The notes beneath the pieces were generated by a model. The model was given only the letters and a program-made list of their open reading frames with translations, searched no databases and was not told the origin of the DNA. The position numbers and the translations under genes were made by a program. A stretch of DNA of 64,000 bases from positions 431,782-495,781 of the forward strand of contig CAZPYM010000001.1 of assembly GCA_964590105.1 (NCBI GenBank), given 5' to 3'. Of the stretch, positions 37,412 through 47,196 are shown piece after piece; positions within the stretch are counted from its first letter, which is position 1, and each line of letters begins with the position of its first letter. This DNA comes from an uncultured Gammaproteobacteria bacterium (GTDB lineage: Bacteria > Patescibacteriota > Patescibacteriia > UBA11705 > JABHMO01).

Positions 37412-37786
37412 CTACGCCAAACGTTTTATTTTATTTATTGTGATTAAAATCGCGCCGCGGCACGGTTCGCCCTGATTCTCTTTCAAGGCTCTCACCTTGT
37501 CAAACCATTTTCCTTTTGTAAAATAATCGGCTTTGCCGGAAAATTCATACCCCTCGCATTTAGTTTGCCAGTCGCTGTTCCAAACAGCCACGGCCGCCAA
37601 ATTATTTTTCAAAATATTTTCCGTTGTCTCCCGCATATAATTGTCCGTCGCCAAAATCCTGTTTACACCCACGACCTTGCAATAACCAACGGCAATCACA
37701 TGCGGCGAGCCGTCCTCATTTACAGTGGCCAAACCTAAAGCATTATTTTCAATCAGTTGCTTTTGTTTTGAATTGAGTTTGACCAT
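37412..37786 (-). CDS. pyridoxamine 5-prime-phosphate oxidase-like FMN-binding protein
   Basis: Size and GLATVNEDGSPHVIAVGY split-barrel-like motif; weak assignment. Confidence 0.5.
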   Translation of the reverse strand: MVKLNSKQKQLIENNALGLATVNEDGSPHVIAVGYCKVVGVNRILATDNYMRETTENILKNNLAAVAVWNSDWQTKCEGYEFSGKADYFTKGKWFDKVRALKENQGEPCRGAILITINKIKRLA

Positions 37787-37792
37787 ACCGAA

Positions 37793-39172
37793 TCACAATT
37801 TTTCCTCAAAATATTTTTCCAAATCTTTAATTTTAATTCTTTCCTGTTCCATTGAATCTCTATCTCGAACTGTGACAGAATCATCTTTCTCCACAGTATC
37901 AAAATCTACAGTAATACAATAAGGTGTTCCGATCTCATCCTGACGGCGGTATCGTTTCCCAACATTGCCATTGTCGTCAAATTCACAAACCCACTTGGTT
38001 TTCAAATTGTCAAATATTTCCTTGGCTATTTTGACAAGCTCGGGTTTATTTTTCAAAAGCGGGAACACCGCGATTTTTACCGGCGCTAATTCATTTTTTA
38101 ATTTAAGAACAACGCGTTCTTCCTCGCCGACTTTTTCCTCGGTATAAGCATCGCACAAAACCACAAACAAACTTCGACTCAACCCGGCGGAAGTTTCCAC
38201 CACCCACGGAATGAATTTTTCATTTGTTTTCGGGTCAGTGTAGCTGAGGTCACAACCGGAATGCTTGGAATGCTGGGTTAAATCATAATCAGAACGATTG
38301 TGAATACCTTCCACTTCTTTGAACCCGAATGGGAATTCATATTCAATATCCCAAGCTTCCTTGGCATAAAAAACTAAATTTTCATGTTCATGCCAGCGCA
38401 ATTTTTTTTCATTAATTCCCAAATTATGAACATAAAAATCCCAACGCTCCTTTTTCCAACGATTATATTCTTTCGTCGCCTCTTTCTCTTTGACAAAGTA
38501 TTGCATTTCCATCTGTTCAAATTCGCGCGTGCGGAAAATAAACTGGCGGGCGGTAATTTCATTACGAAAAGCTTTGCCAACTTGCGCAATGCCAAATGGA
38601 ACCTTCACCCGGCTGGAATCAAGCACATTTTTAAAATTAACATAAATGCCCTGGCAAGTCTCGCCGCGCAAATACGTCGGTTCCTTGTCCCAGTCGCCGG
38701 TAAAGTTACCAAGATTTGATTTGACCAGTAAATTAAAATTCCTGGCTTCGGTAAAATTTTTGGCTCCACAACTCGGGCATTTGACTTTGTCTTTATTTTT
38801 TTCAAATATTTTATTGATCTCGTCTTCCGACATTTTTTCGTCGGCAAAAACACCGACTTCTTCGAGCAAATGATCCACTCTGGAACGAGCATGGCATTTT
38901 TTACATTCAGCCAAAGGATCAGAAAACCCGCTGACATGCCCGCTCGCCTCCCAAACTTTTGGCGACATAAAAATCGCTGAATCTAGCCCGACAATGTTTT
39001 CATGATTCTGAACCATGTTTTTCCACCAAGCTTGCTCAATGTTTTTTTTCAATTCTACGCCATAAGGACCAAAATCATAAACAGCGGCAAACCCGCCGTA
39101 TATTTCACTTGACGGATAAACAAATCCCCGCCTTTTGCAAAGGCTTATAATTTTTTCCATTGAATCTTTCAT
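37793..39172 (-). CDS. glyQS: glycine--tRNA ligase (dimeric GlyQS type)
   Basis: Class II motifs, RGFVYPSSEIYGG N-terminus, C-terminal anticodon-binding domain; 459 aa. Confidence 0.85.
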   Translation of the reverse strand: MKDSMEKIISLCKRRGFVYPSSEIYGGFAAVYDFGPYGVELKKNIEQAWWKNMVQNHENIVGLDSAIFMSPKVWEASGHVSGFSDPLAECKKCHARSRVDHLLEEVGVFADEKMSEDEINKIFEKNKDKVKCPSCGAKNFTEARNFNLLVKSNLGNFTGDWDKEPTYLRGETCQGIYVNFKNVLDSSRVKVPFGIAQVGKAFRNEITARQFIFRTREFEQMEMQYFVKEKEATKEYNRWKKERWDFYVHNLGINEKKLRWHEHENLVFYAKEAWDIEYEFPFGFKEVEGIHNRSDYDLTQHSKHSGCDLSYTDPKTNEKFIPWVVETSAGLSRSLFVVLCDAYTEEKVGEEERVVLKLKNELAPVKIAVFPLLKNKPELVKIAKEIFDNLKTKWVCEFDDNGNVGKRYRRQDEIGTPYCITVDFDTVEKDDSVTVRDRDSMEQERIKIKDLEKYFEEKL

Positions 39173-39241
39173 ATTTACAGATTACAGATCAATACGGAAG
39201 TACGGATATTTAATCAGTATATCAGTACAATCAGTAATCAT

Positions 39242-39799
39242 TTACACAGACATTATTTCTTTTTCTTTTACCTCAGTCAAATTTTGCAAATCCTTATTCA
39301 AGCCAGTAACCTTTTCATCCAACTCTTTTACATAATCGTATTTATCATCTTCAGTAATATCGCTATTCTTAAAGGCCTCAGTGACCTCATCCTTGATTCT
39401 CTCTCTCACTGAACGCACTGCGACTTTGGCGGTTTCCAATTTTTCATTAATTGACTTAACCATATCTTTCCTGTTTTCTTCTGTCATCTGAGGTACGGTC
39501 ACCCTGACCAAAGTGCTTTCTGCGGAAACAGCCAAACCTAAATTAGCATATGAAATAGCTTTTTCAATTTCTTTGATCAAATTCTTGTCCCACGGCTCAA
39601 TAGTCATGGAACGAGCTTCCGGCACAGCAATACTGGCCAGCTGTTTGATTGGAGTTTTCACGCCATAAGAATCCACCAGTATATCCTCAACCATGCTCGG
39701 ATTTGCTCGGCCGGCGCGAACATTGGCCAGTTCTTTTTTAAAATGATCAATCGACTGAACAAAGTCCCCCTCATACTTTTGAATAAATTCATTACTCAT
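39242..39799 (-). CDS. frr: ribosome recycling factor
   Basis: Typical RRF sequence and length (185 aa), VRAGRANPSMVEDI motif. Confidence 0.88.
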   Translation of the reverse strand: MSNEFIQKYEGDFVQSIDHFKKELANVRAGRANPSMVEDILVDSYGVKTPIKQLASIAVPEARSMTIEPWDKNLIKEIEKAISYANLGLAVSAESTLVRVTVPQMTEENRKDMVKSINEKLETAKVAVRSVRERIKDEVTEAFKNSDITEDDKYDYVKELDEKVTGLNKDLQNLTEVKEKEIMSV

Positions 39800-39851
39800 A
39801 TATTTTTTTTATTTCTTAATTACCCAATTCCCCAATTACTTAATCTCAAAT

Positions 39852-40916
39852 TTATTCCGCAATTTCTTTCACACCAACAAAGATCTTTGCGGGTTCCTTT
39901 GGATGAACTATTATTTCGCTCGCCACTCTAGTGGTCGGCGTTTTCTTCACTACCCAATTTACACCTGCATCAAGCGTTTTGTAAACCGCGGAATTAGTAC
40001 TGTAATAAATATAATTCGCATTGGTCGGATCAATTGCCAAGGAATAAATAATCTCCGAAGCCGGCGGAGTCAAAAGCTTCACCTCAAGCCAGGTGTCGCC
40101 GCCGTCGAGACTGCGCAACAGACCATATTTATTGGCATAAATAATCATATTCTTGACAGTAACCGACAAATCAAAGTCATAATATGATTTTGACTCCTTG
40201 TAATCCTTCATTGCTTTATTCAGATCCTGCCAGGTTTCCCCTTTATCCATTGACTTAAATAAACCGGTACTTTCTACTCCCACATAAACATTTCGGCTGT
40301 CATGCGGGTCAACCATGATCTTAAAAATCCTTTTTTTCAATTGATTAACCATTCTCCAGCTAACCCCCATATTTTCACTCTTAAGAACTGACCCATCGGA
40401 CAACCCGCTATAGATAACATTCGGATCATACCAATCGATCGCCAAAGCCGTAACCAGTTTCTCCGCATTGTCAGTATAATAAATCTGAACCCAACTCCTA
40501 GCGCAATCCTCACTCTTGAAAATGCGGGTATCCACCGCCGCATAGAGCCGGCATTTATTTTTATTATCCACCGCCAGATCCCTAACCAACCCGGCCGGCA
40601 AGCGCTCTGACTTCATCCAGCCGAGACCACCATTATAGGAATAATACAAACCATCAGCTCGAGTTCCCACATAAATAGCGTCTGAATCGCTCGGATCAAA
40701 TTTCATAAAATACACATCCACTCCGCCTATCGTTCCCGGAGTCTCGCCCGGAGTCATCAGCTGTGAACGGTGTTTCCAGGTCTCAAATCGATCATCAGTA
40801 AAAAAGGCGCCACCCAATTTACTCGGCGCAGCCGCTTGTTTTTTTAGTGTAATGCAGCCAGTTGCGCTAAAGATTAAGATTAACACGACCGCCAGCAATA
40901 AAAATTTCCTCCACAT
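39852..40916 (-). CDS. lipoprotein with BNR/Ycf48-like beta-propeller repeats
   Basis: Lipobox LIFSATGC; repeated S.DGG.TW motifs (DGGDTW, KGETW, MGVSW). Confidence 0.6.
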   Translation of the reverse strand: MWRKFLLLAVVLILIFSATGCITLKKQAAAPSKLGGAFFTDDRFETWKHRSQLMTPGETPGTIGGVDVYFMKFDPSDSDAIYVGTRADGLYYSYNGGLGWMKSERLPAGLVRDLAVDNKNKCRLYAAVDTRIFKSEDCARSWVQIYYTDNAEKLVTALAIDWYDPNVIYSGLSDGSVLKSENMGVSWRMVNQLKKRIFKIMVDPHDSRNVYVGVESTGLFKSMDKGETWQDLNKAMKDYKESKSYYDFDLSVTVKNMIIYANKYGLLRSLDGGDTWLEVKLLTPPASEIIYSLAIDPTNANYIYYSTNSAVYKTLDAGVNWVVKKTPTTRVASEIIVHPKEPAKIFVGVKEIAE

Positions 40917-41036
40917 ATTATTTTTAAGTTAAAAGTTTCCGCCATTGGCGGATGCGCCTTTGGCACAAAAAGTGAAAAGCGATATTAGCGGTTTTTCGCA
41001 CCTACCACTTCTATCACTTCTTTCTCTTTTTATTTA

Positions 41037-42089
41037 TTAAATATCAATTATTAAATTTTCCAGAGCAAATCTGGCGTTGATGTTTTCTTTTATTAATTTC
41101 TTTGTTTCTTCTATCCGCTGAATGAATCCGACAATTTTTCCACAATCATATACATCGGATATTTTTTTTAATTCTTCGATTAAATACGGATTGACCACCA
41201 ATTCATTTTTATAATTAGCGATCAGCAACAAATCTCGGGATAGACCGCTCAGGTGATTAAGCTTTTCCATTAGCGCATCTGTCTGCTTGTTATTTTCCGC
41301 GAGTTTTTCCACAAACTTAAATTTCTTCACTATCCCGCTGTTAAAAATTTGTAGCATTTCAGTATTTTCCTGTTTGTAAGACTGAAACTTTTCAGGCTCA
41401 GCAAAAAACTTCATCGCCACTGTCGGTCGCCCCTCAGCCACGCTTGCCAATTCCAGAGCCAGTGAACGATTAGCTCCCCGGCCAAGCAAATACTGATAAA
41501 TCTCCTCATTGGTCACCGGTAAAAACTTTAACGACTGACAACGGGACAAAATAGTCGGCAAAAGCAATTCCTTGTTCGGCGTCATTAGTATAATGATTGT
41601 CCGCGGCGTTGGCTCTTCCAACGTTTTTAATAAACAATTGCTGGCCTCCTGATTGAGCAGCTGGGCCTCCGGAATCAAAACGATTTTGTATGAATTGAGA
41701 AACGCTCGCTTGCTGATTTTTTCCAGCAAATCCCGGATTTGAGCCACGCTGAGCGCATTTTTCTTTTTGCCTGTTTTTTCATTGATCTCCCGCTCAACAA
41801 CGTACAAATCAGCGTACACTTTTGATTTAAATTGTTTACATGAATTACACAGTCCGCAGGGAACAACTAATTTGTCTGCCTCAAAGCTTGATGCTTGTAA
41901 ATATTTTTTATAATTCTCGCAAAGTATGGTTTGAGCAAATGTTCTGGCAGTCAGAGTTTTTCCTGTTTTAGCCGGCCCGCAAAAAATATAAGCATGGGCA
42001 AAATTGTTACCTAGCACTCCTCTCTGCAAAAAACCTTTGATTTTTTTGTGTCCAATGATTGGCCAGTCAAAACTGAGCTCTGGTCTCAT
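41037..42089 (-). CDS. holB: DNA polymerase III subunit delta-prime
   Basis: AAA+ P-loop-like GPAKTGKT, Zn module CGLCNSC, sensor motifs. Confidence 0.8.
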   Translation of the reverse strand: MRPELSFDWPIIGHKKIKGFLQRGVLGNNFAHAYIFCGPAKTGKTLTARTFAQTILCENYKKYLQASSFEADKLVVPCGLCNSCKQFKSKVYADLYVVEREINEKTGKKKNALSVAQIRDLLEKISKRAFLNSYKIVLIPEAQLLNQEASNCLLKTLEEPTPRTIIILMTPNKELLLPTILSRCQSLKFLPVTNEEIYQYLLGRGANRSLALELASVAEGRPTVAMKFFAEPEKFQSYKQENTEMLQIFNSGIVKKFKFVEKLAENNKQTDALMEKLNHLSGLSRDLLLIANYKNELVVNPYLIEELKKISDVYDCGKIVGFIQRIEETKKLIKENINARFALENLIIDI

Positions 42090-42120
42090 AAATATATTTT
42101 AGCAAAAAATAAAACTATTG

Positions 42121-43218
42121 TCATTTTTCTCTAATAACTTGGAGCGTTTGCCGAGCGCATTTTTCCCAGGAAAAGTTTTGCGCGCGGTCAAATCCTCGTC
42201 TGCGCAGATCAGCCGCCACCTCTGGTTTTAACAAAACCTGTTCCATTTTCTCAACAATTTCGTGTTCATTTTCCGGATCAAACAAGAGCGCCGCTTCACC
42301 CGCCGCTTCCGGCAGGCTGGTGGCATTGGAACAAATAACCGGGCAACCCGAGGCCATGGCTTCCAGAACCGGGATGCCGAAGCCTTCGAACAAAGAAGGA
42401 AAAACAAAAAGGTCGGCACAGTTCAGCCAGATCGGCAAATCCTTGTCGTCAATCCAGCCGGGAAAAATTACTTCTGTTTGTAAATTATTTTCTATTATAT
42501 TTTTCTGAACCCGCTCAAAGCCAAACCCCCGCTTGCCAATTAAAACCAATTTGTGTTTATCTTCAGGATTTTTACTTTTAAACTTCCCAAAAGCATTCAC
42601 CAGCCGCGGAATATTTTTTTTCTCTTCCAGCCGGCCAATAAATAATATGTAAGGATTGCCAAGTGGCGAAGCGGGCGAATCCAGCTTGCGATAATTAACA
42701 GAATCAAAACCGTTCAGAACAACTCTGATCTTTTCAGATGGAATTTTATAATAATCGCGGATATCTTTTTTGGAATACTCAGAAACAGTAATAATCTGAT
42801 CAGCAAATCTTTTGATAAAACGAATGGTCAGCCGGTGATACAATTTATCAGCCCAGGGATAAAGCTCTGGAAAATGTTCAAACCCGATGTCGTGAACCGT
42901 TACGACAACTTTCGACGGATTAAAAAGCGGAATGGTGTGCGCCGGCACAAACAAAACATCGGGAATCTCCCGGCCAAATTTCATTTCCAAACTTAATCTA
43001 CTAAGTGTCCAGAATCGCGGCAAGGGCCATTTTAAAACACGCTCTTCAAAATTATCTGGACAAATTGCCAATGCGCCCTGCAATGGTTTGTCCGTAAACA
43101 AAAAATAGCGGTTATCCTTATCTATTTTTTTGAACTCTTCAATCAAATGATAAGAATACCACTCCACTCCGGTCTTCTTTGGTTTGTTGGCGCGGGATGC
43201 GTCTATTCCTATTAACAT
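42121..43218 (-). CDS. family 1 (GT4) glycosyltransferase
   Basis: EGFGIPVLEAMASGCPVI and the E-x7-E region. Confidence 0.75.
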   Translation of the reverse strand: MLIGIDASRANKPKKTGVEWYSYHLIEEFKKIDKDNRYFLFTDKPLQGALAICPDNFEERVLKWPLPRFWTLSRLSLEMKFGREIPDVLFVPAHTIPLFNPSKVVVTVHDIGFEHFPELYPWADKLYHRLTIRFIKRFADQIITVSEYSKKDIRDYYKIPSEKIRVVLNGFDSVNYRKLDSPASPLGNPYILFIGRLEEKKNIPRLVNAFGKFKSKNPEDKHKLVLIGKRGFGFERVQKNIIENNLQTEVIFPGWIDDKDLPIWLNCADLFVFPSLFEGFGIPVLEAMASGCPVICSNATSLPEAAGEAALLFDPENEHEIVEKMEQVLLKPEVAADLRRRGFDRAQNFSWEKCARQTLQVIREK

Positions 43219-43350
43219 AAATTCAAAGCACAAAACTCAAAGCTCAAAGAACAAAAAAAACTTAAAGTGTAAAATTCAAAATATAAAAACAACCTTGGAA
43301 TTTTAAATTTTTAATTTTAGATTTCCTTTGGACTTTAAATTTTGTACTTT
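43205..43350. repeat. intergenic imperfect palindrome built from A-rich heptamer words (CAAAGCACAAAACTCAAAGCTCAAAGAAC...TTAAAGTGTAAAATTCAAA // TTTGGACTTTAAATTTTGTACTTTGGGCTTT)
   Basis: Read directly: the second arm is approximately the reverse complement of the first. Confidence 0.6.
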
Positions 43351-43355
43351 GGGCT

Positions 43356-44363
43356 TTATTTAGTAGCTAATACAGACCGCTTGTACAATTCAAGATTATC
43401 AAGCGCAATGCCCGTTCCCTTGGCCACGCAAAGCAGAGCGTCATCAGCCACATAAACCGGCACGCCGACCGCGCGCGAAACCAATTGATCAATATCGCGG
43501 AGCAAACTGCTACCACCGGACATAATTATTCCTTTGTCAATAATATCAGCTGACAATTCCGGTGGTGTCTGATGTAAAACTTCTTTTACCGCGTCAATTA
43601 TTCCTTGCAAATCTCTTTGCAAAGCTTCCGTCACGTCATTGGCGCTGATGCTGATAGTTTTTGGTAAACCGGAAATCATGTCGCGGCCGCGAATGTCTAT
43701 CACTGCCGGCCCCTCTGAATACATAGCTGAACCGATTTCTATTTTAATATCTTCAGATGTTCTCTCGCCAATAGCCAGATTATATTTTCGCCGGATGTAT
43801 TCAGCGATTGAAGCGTCAAATTTATTTCCGCCGATCCGAACCGAGGCAGAAGCAACTATACCGCCGAGAGAAATAACCGCAATTTCAGACGTGCCGCCGC
43901 CGATATCAATAATCATATGTCCGGAAGCGCTGCCAATCGGAATATTGGCACCGATAGCCGCGGCAATCGGTTCTTTAATAATGTAAGCGGCTCTGGCGCC
44001 GGCCGCAATGGTCGCGTCAATCACTGATCTGCGCTCCACGGAAGTAATGCCGGCCGGTACGGCGACCATAACTTCCGGTCTGAACAACTTGATGCCGCCA
44101 ACTGCTTTATTAATAAAATAACGAAGCATTGCTTCGGTTGTTTTATAATCAGCGATCACGCCGTCTTTGAGCGGCCGGCTGGCGACAATTGTATCCGGCG
44201 TGCGGCCAATCATTTCTTTGGCTTCATCTCCCACAGCCATAATTTTTTTGTCAGTCATTGAAATGGCCACAACAGACGGCTCATTAATCACAATCCCTCT
44301 CTTCGGCAGATGAACCAGAGTATAAGTAGTGCCAAGATCAATTCCAATTTTCCGGATAAACAT
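43356..44363 (-). CDS. mreB: rod shape-determining protein MreB (start corrected to MFIRKIGIDLG)
   Basis: IGIDLGTTYTLV, actin-fold motifs, 336 aa. Confidence 0.88.
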   Translation of the reverse strand: MFIRKIGIDLGTTYTLVHLPKRGIVINEPSVVAISMTDKKIMAVGDEAKEMIGRTPDTIVASRPLKDGVIADYKTTEAMLRYFINKAVGGIKLFRPEVMVAVPAGITSVERRSVIDATIAAGARAAYIIKEPIAAAIGANIPIGSASGHMIIDIGGGTSEIAVISLGGIVASASVRIGGNKFDASIAEYIRRKYNLAIGERTSEDIKIEIGSAMYSEGPAVIDIRGRDMISGLPKTISISANDVTEALQRDLQGIIDAVKEVLHQTPPELSADIIDKGIIMSGGSSLLRDIDQLVSRAVGVPVYVADDALLCVAKGTGIALDNLELYKRSVLATK

Positions 44364-44369
44364 AATCAA

Positions 44370-44520
44370 GTTAAAAGTGTAAAGTTCAAAGTTAAAGGTA
44401 AATTCCAGCGCAAGTTTTCCTGCTACAACAATCACTGCCTGTTTTTACTTTCAACTTCTTATTTATACTCTTCCTTTTAATTTTTACCTTTTAACTTTTA
44501 ATTCTCCAATTTTCCAATCA
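44370..44520. repeat. intergenic imperfect palindrome of heptamer/octamer words (GTTAAAAGTGTAAAGTTCAAAGTTAAAGGTAAATT ... TTTTAATTTTTACCTTTTAACTTTTAATTCTCC)
   Basis: Read directly. Confidence 0.6.
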
Positions 44521-45045
44521 CTTAATTTCTGGTTTTTGTTTTTGATTTTTATATTCCAATAATCTATCTGCTTTTATTTTTGATTCTTGTTCAAGAAAAA
44601 ATTTATTTACGCCGGGAATCATTTTCAGCCATTCCACAATCACCCTGACCACTTTGTGCATTTTAACTTTTGCCGCGTGCAACAGTCCTTCAACTTCTCT
44701 GGCAGTTTCTTCGCCCTTTTGTTTGAACTCTGGCTTGCGATTGTCAGGCAGTTCTTTGTAAAGATCCGCCAGTCCTTCCGCCAGGATCGTTTCAATCTGA
44801 ATCAAATCCTCGCTTTTTGGCTGGCTCACTGCTGTCGGCTGGGCCGGAGCGGTTTGAGTCGGAGCCGCGGATACCGGCGCTTGTTCAGCCGCCTGTTCCG
44901 GAGTCGGTTTTTCTACTGATTGCTCCGGCGCAATTTCAACTTTAACCGGCGCTTGCTCAGCGGTTTCTGCAATTTGTTGTTCCGGAACTACTTCTTGTTT
45001 TAGAAATTCTGCCTCGGGCGTCGGCGAGGTATTTTGGATAGCCAT
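44518..45045 (-). CDS. hypothetical protein with a P/Q/A/E-rich low-complexity N-terminal half
   Basis: ORF only. Confidence 0.45.
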   Translation of the reverse strand: MAIQNTSPTPEAEFLKQEVVPEQQIAETAEQAPVKVEIAPEQSVEKPTPEQAAEQAPVSAAPTQTAPAQPTAVSQPKSEDLIQIETILAEGLADLYKELPDNRKPEFKQKGEETAREVEGLLHAAKVKMHKVVRVIVEWLKMIPGVNKFFLEQESKIKADRLLEYKNQKQKPEIK

Positions 45046-45280
45046 ATTAGTATACTTATTTTACTTGTTAAATCATAATAAATCAAGCGCAGTTATTCAC
45101 TGATAATTATACAATATTTTCAATAAATATACAAACATTTCAATTAGCCCAATTAAACCGAATTTTGTAGTTTAATATTGATAATTTCCGCTCCAAATAT
45201 TTTTTAAAAACGCCCCACCTCTTGTAACCTTTACTACTAGTATCCATATCGGCTAAATTTACAACAAAGACCAACTAGCA

Positions 45281-45309
45281 TTGACTTTTTTTAAAAAACA
45301 TGCTACAAT
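45281..45309 (+). promoter_or_regulatory. sigma70 promoter with extended -10 (TTGACT-17-TGcTACAAT)
   Basis: TTGACT 45281-45286; TG 45301-45302; TACAAT 45304-45309. Confidence 0.55.
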
Positions 45310-45343
45310 TATTTGTTCATAAACAATATAATGGAGAAAGAAA

Positions 45344-45622
45344 ATGATCGGAATCGACGGCCTTTTTCAAGTAGTAATTGCCTTTGTCCTCACAATTTTC
45401 ATTTTCGGAGTGCTCATCAACATGGCACTCTTGCCCTTCCCGAAGTCGTGGCAAAAGGCTGTCAACAAGGCCGGCAAGAACGCCATCGTGGCAATCTGGA
45501 CCGGCGCCTGGAGACTGGTATTCTGGATACTCACAGCTCCCTTCATCGGCATCTGGCGCGCCATCCGGAGGATGCGCAACCAACCGCCGCCGCCCCGCCC
45601 TCAAGGCAATCAGCGTCGATGA
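45344..45622 (+). CDS. small two-TM membrane protein with a basic proline-rich C-terminus (92 aa), GC-rich cassette
   Basis: Two hydrophobic helices; SD GGAGA; GC about 55%; the overlapping antisense ORFs are composition artifacts. Confidence 0.6.
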   Translation: MIGIDGLFQVVIAFVLTIFIFGVLINMALLPFPKSWQKAVNKAGKNAIVAIWTGAWRLVFWILTAPFIGIWRAIRRMRNQPPPPRPQGNQRR

Positions 45623-45643
45623 CGATGATCCCGCCAACACAAA

Positions 45644-45680
45644 ACACTGCCGTTCTCGCCTGGCAGTGTTTTTCTTTTTA
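45644..45680 (+). terminator. rho-independent terminator
   Basis: ACACTGCC-gttctcgcct-GGCAGTGT followed by TTTTCTTTTT. Confidence 0.65.
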
Positions 45681-46643
45681 AATTTTTTTCAATATCGATT
45701 TTATATCTCGAACACTTTCAACGCGTACCAATTGCGAACGCAAAGCGCCGGCGCCGGGAAACCCGCGGAAATACCAGCACAAATGTTTTCGCAGTTCGAT
45801 AATGCCGTGGCTATTTTTTGCTTTAAAGTTTAATTCAGCGTGCCGCAGTACAATTTTCTTTACTTTATTTAAATTCGGATAAGTATACTTTCCGCTCCGC
45901 AAATAATCTTTTGTCTGCTGAAATAGCCACGGCCGGCCATACACGCCGCGCGCCAGAGCTATTCCGTCAACACCGGTTTGGTCAAGCATTTTTTTCGCAT
46001 CTTCAGGATTATTCAATCCCCCATTGCCGATTACAAGGCCGTTAAACTTTTTCTTTGCTTGCTTTATCATTTCATAATCAACTTCACCGCCAAACGCCTG
46101 TTCGTAAGTTCGGCCATGCAGCATAAGAGTTGAAACAGATAAGTTTTTTATTTTATCAATAAAATCCAAAACTGTAATTTGTTTTTTACCCGTATCAATT
46201 GATACGCGCGTTTTAACGGAAACCGGCAATTTAGTTGCTTCGCAAACCGCCTGAACAAGTTCGTGACACAGATTCAAACTTCTAAGCAAAGTAATGCCTC
46301 CTTCATGCGCCACCACTTTTTTCGCCGGACAGCCGAAATTAATATCAATGCCGTCAAAGCCCGCCTGCTCAACTATTTCAACTGCCTTGGAAACCAATTC
46401 CGGCCGCTTACCAAAAAGCTGGAGCACAATCGGCTTGGCTTTGTTTTGCCGGGCAAGCATGGCTATAGTTTTCTTGGAATCATAATAAAGCGCGTCGATC
46501 GAAGTCATTTCCGTATAAACAACATCAGCTCCATTTTCCCGACAAAGCAAACAAAAAGAACTGTCCGTGATGCCGGCCATAGGCGCGAGCACTAGTATTG
46601 GATTTTTTATTGTTAACCAAAAATTTTTCATATTATAATACAA
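45678..46643 (-). CDS. dusB: tRNA-dihydrouridine synthase
   Basis: LAPMAGITD, TIM-barrel Dus motifs, catalytic Cys region. Confidence 0.8.
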   Translation of the reverse strand: MYYNMKNFWLTIKNPILVLAPMAGITDSSFCLLCRENGADVVYTEMTSIDALYYDSKKTIAMLARQNKAKPIVLQLFGKRPELVSKAVEIVEQAGFDGIDINFGCPAKKVVAHEGGITLLRSLNLCHELVQAVCEATKLPVSVKTRVSIDTGKKQITVLDFIDKIKNLSVSTLMLHGRTYEQAFGGEVDYEMIKQAKKKFNGLVIGNGGLNNPEDAKKMLDQTGVDGIALARGVYGRPWLFQQTKDYLRSGKYTYPNLNKVKKIVLRHAELNFKAKNSHGIIELRKHLCWYFRGFPGAGALRSQLVRVESVRDIKSILKKI

Positions 46644-46674
46644 TTAATTCATTTTAATAATATCTTTTAATTAT

Positions 46675-46702
46675 TGACAAATATTATTTTCTACATTATA
46701 AT
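46675..46702 (+). promoter_or_regulatory. sigma70 promoter (TTGACA-16-TATAAT)
   Basis: TTGACA 46675-46680; TATAAT 46697-46702. Confidence 0.55.
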
Positions 46703-46747
46703 CTAACGACTGCATTTATTTTTCACACCAGAAAAAGGAGGTGTGCC

Positions 46748-47131
46748 ATGAAAGAGCTCGGCCGCCATGTGTTGATTGAATTTTATGAATGCGCCACCGA
46801 GGCGCTGAACAACCTAGAATTCATTGAAGAACAAATGCTCGAAGCCGCCAGATTGACGGGCGCGACCATTGTCGGCAAAATCTTCCACCGATTCAGTCCA
46901 CACGGTGTTTCAGGCGCAGTGGTGATTGCTGAGTCGCACCTCACGATTCACACCTGGCCGGAATACGACTACGCGGCAGTTGATCTTTTCACCTGCGGAC
47001 CAACCGTTGATCCGTGGAAAGCTTTCACTCACCTGCAAACCGCAATCGGTTCCAAACGCACTTCTCAGACTGAGATCCGACGCGGGCTTTTTCCACAAAA
47101 CGTCAGCCACAAGCCCGGCGCTGACGGATGA
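46748..47131 (+). CDS. speH: S-adenosylmethionine decarboxylase proenzyme (small SpeH type), GC-rich cassette
   Basis: [11 protein letters not shown]..., self-processing site region ...[11 protein letters not shown]; perfect SD AAGGAGGTG; GC about 52%. Confidence 0.8.
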   Translation: MKELGRHVLIEFYECATEALNNLEFIEEQMLEAARLTGATIVGKIFHRFSPHGVSGAVVIAESHLTIHTWPEYDYAAVDLFTCGPTVDPWKAFTHLQTAIGSKRTSQTEIRRGLFPQNVSHKPGADG

Positions 47132-47156
47132 CTGGCGATAATTAATCGCCCAATTT

Positions 47157-47196
47157 TCAAAAAGCTGCATCTTCACAGAGCAGCTTTTTCTTTTAC
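47157..47196. terminator. bidirectional intrinsic terminator between speH (+) and cysS (-)
   Basis: AAAAAGCTGC-atcttcacagag-GCAGCTTTTT with A-tract and T-tract on both sides. Confidence 0.65.

Noticed and set aside
45313-45833. ORFs 45313-45681(+), 45317-45640(-), 45367-45579(-), 45378-45833(+)
   Set aside because: Alternative frames of the small GC-rich membrane-protein cassette. The frame starting at 45344 is preferred because of SD, promoter spacing and TM-helix content.
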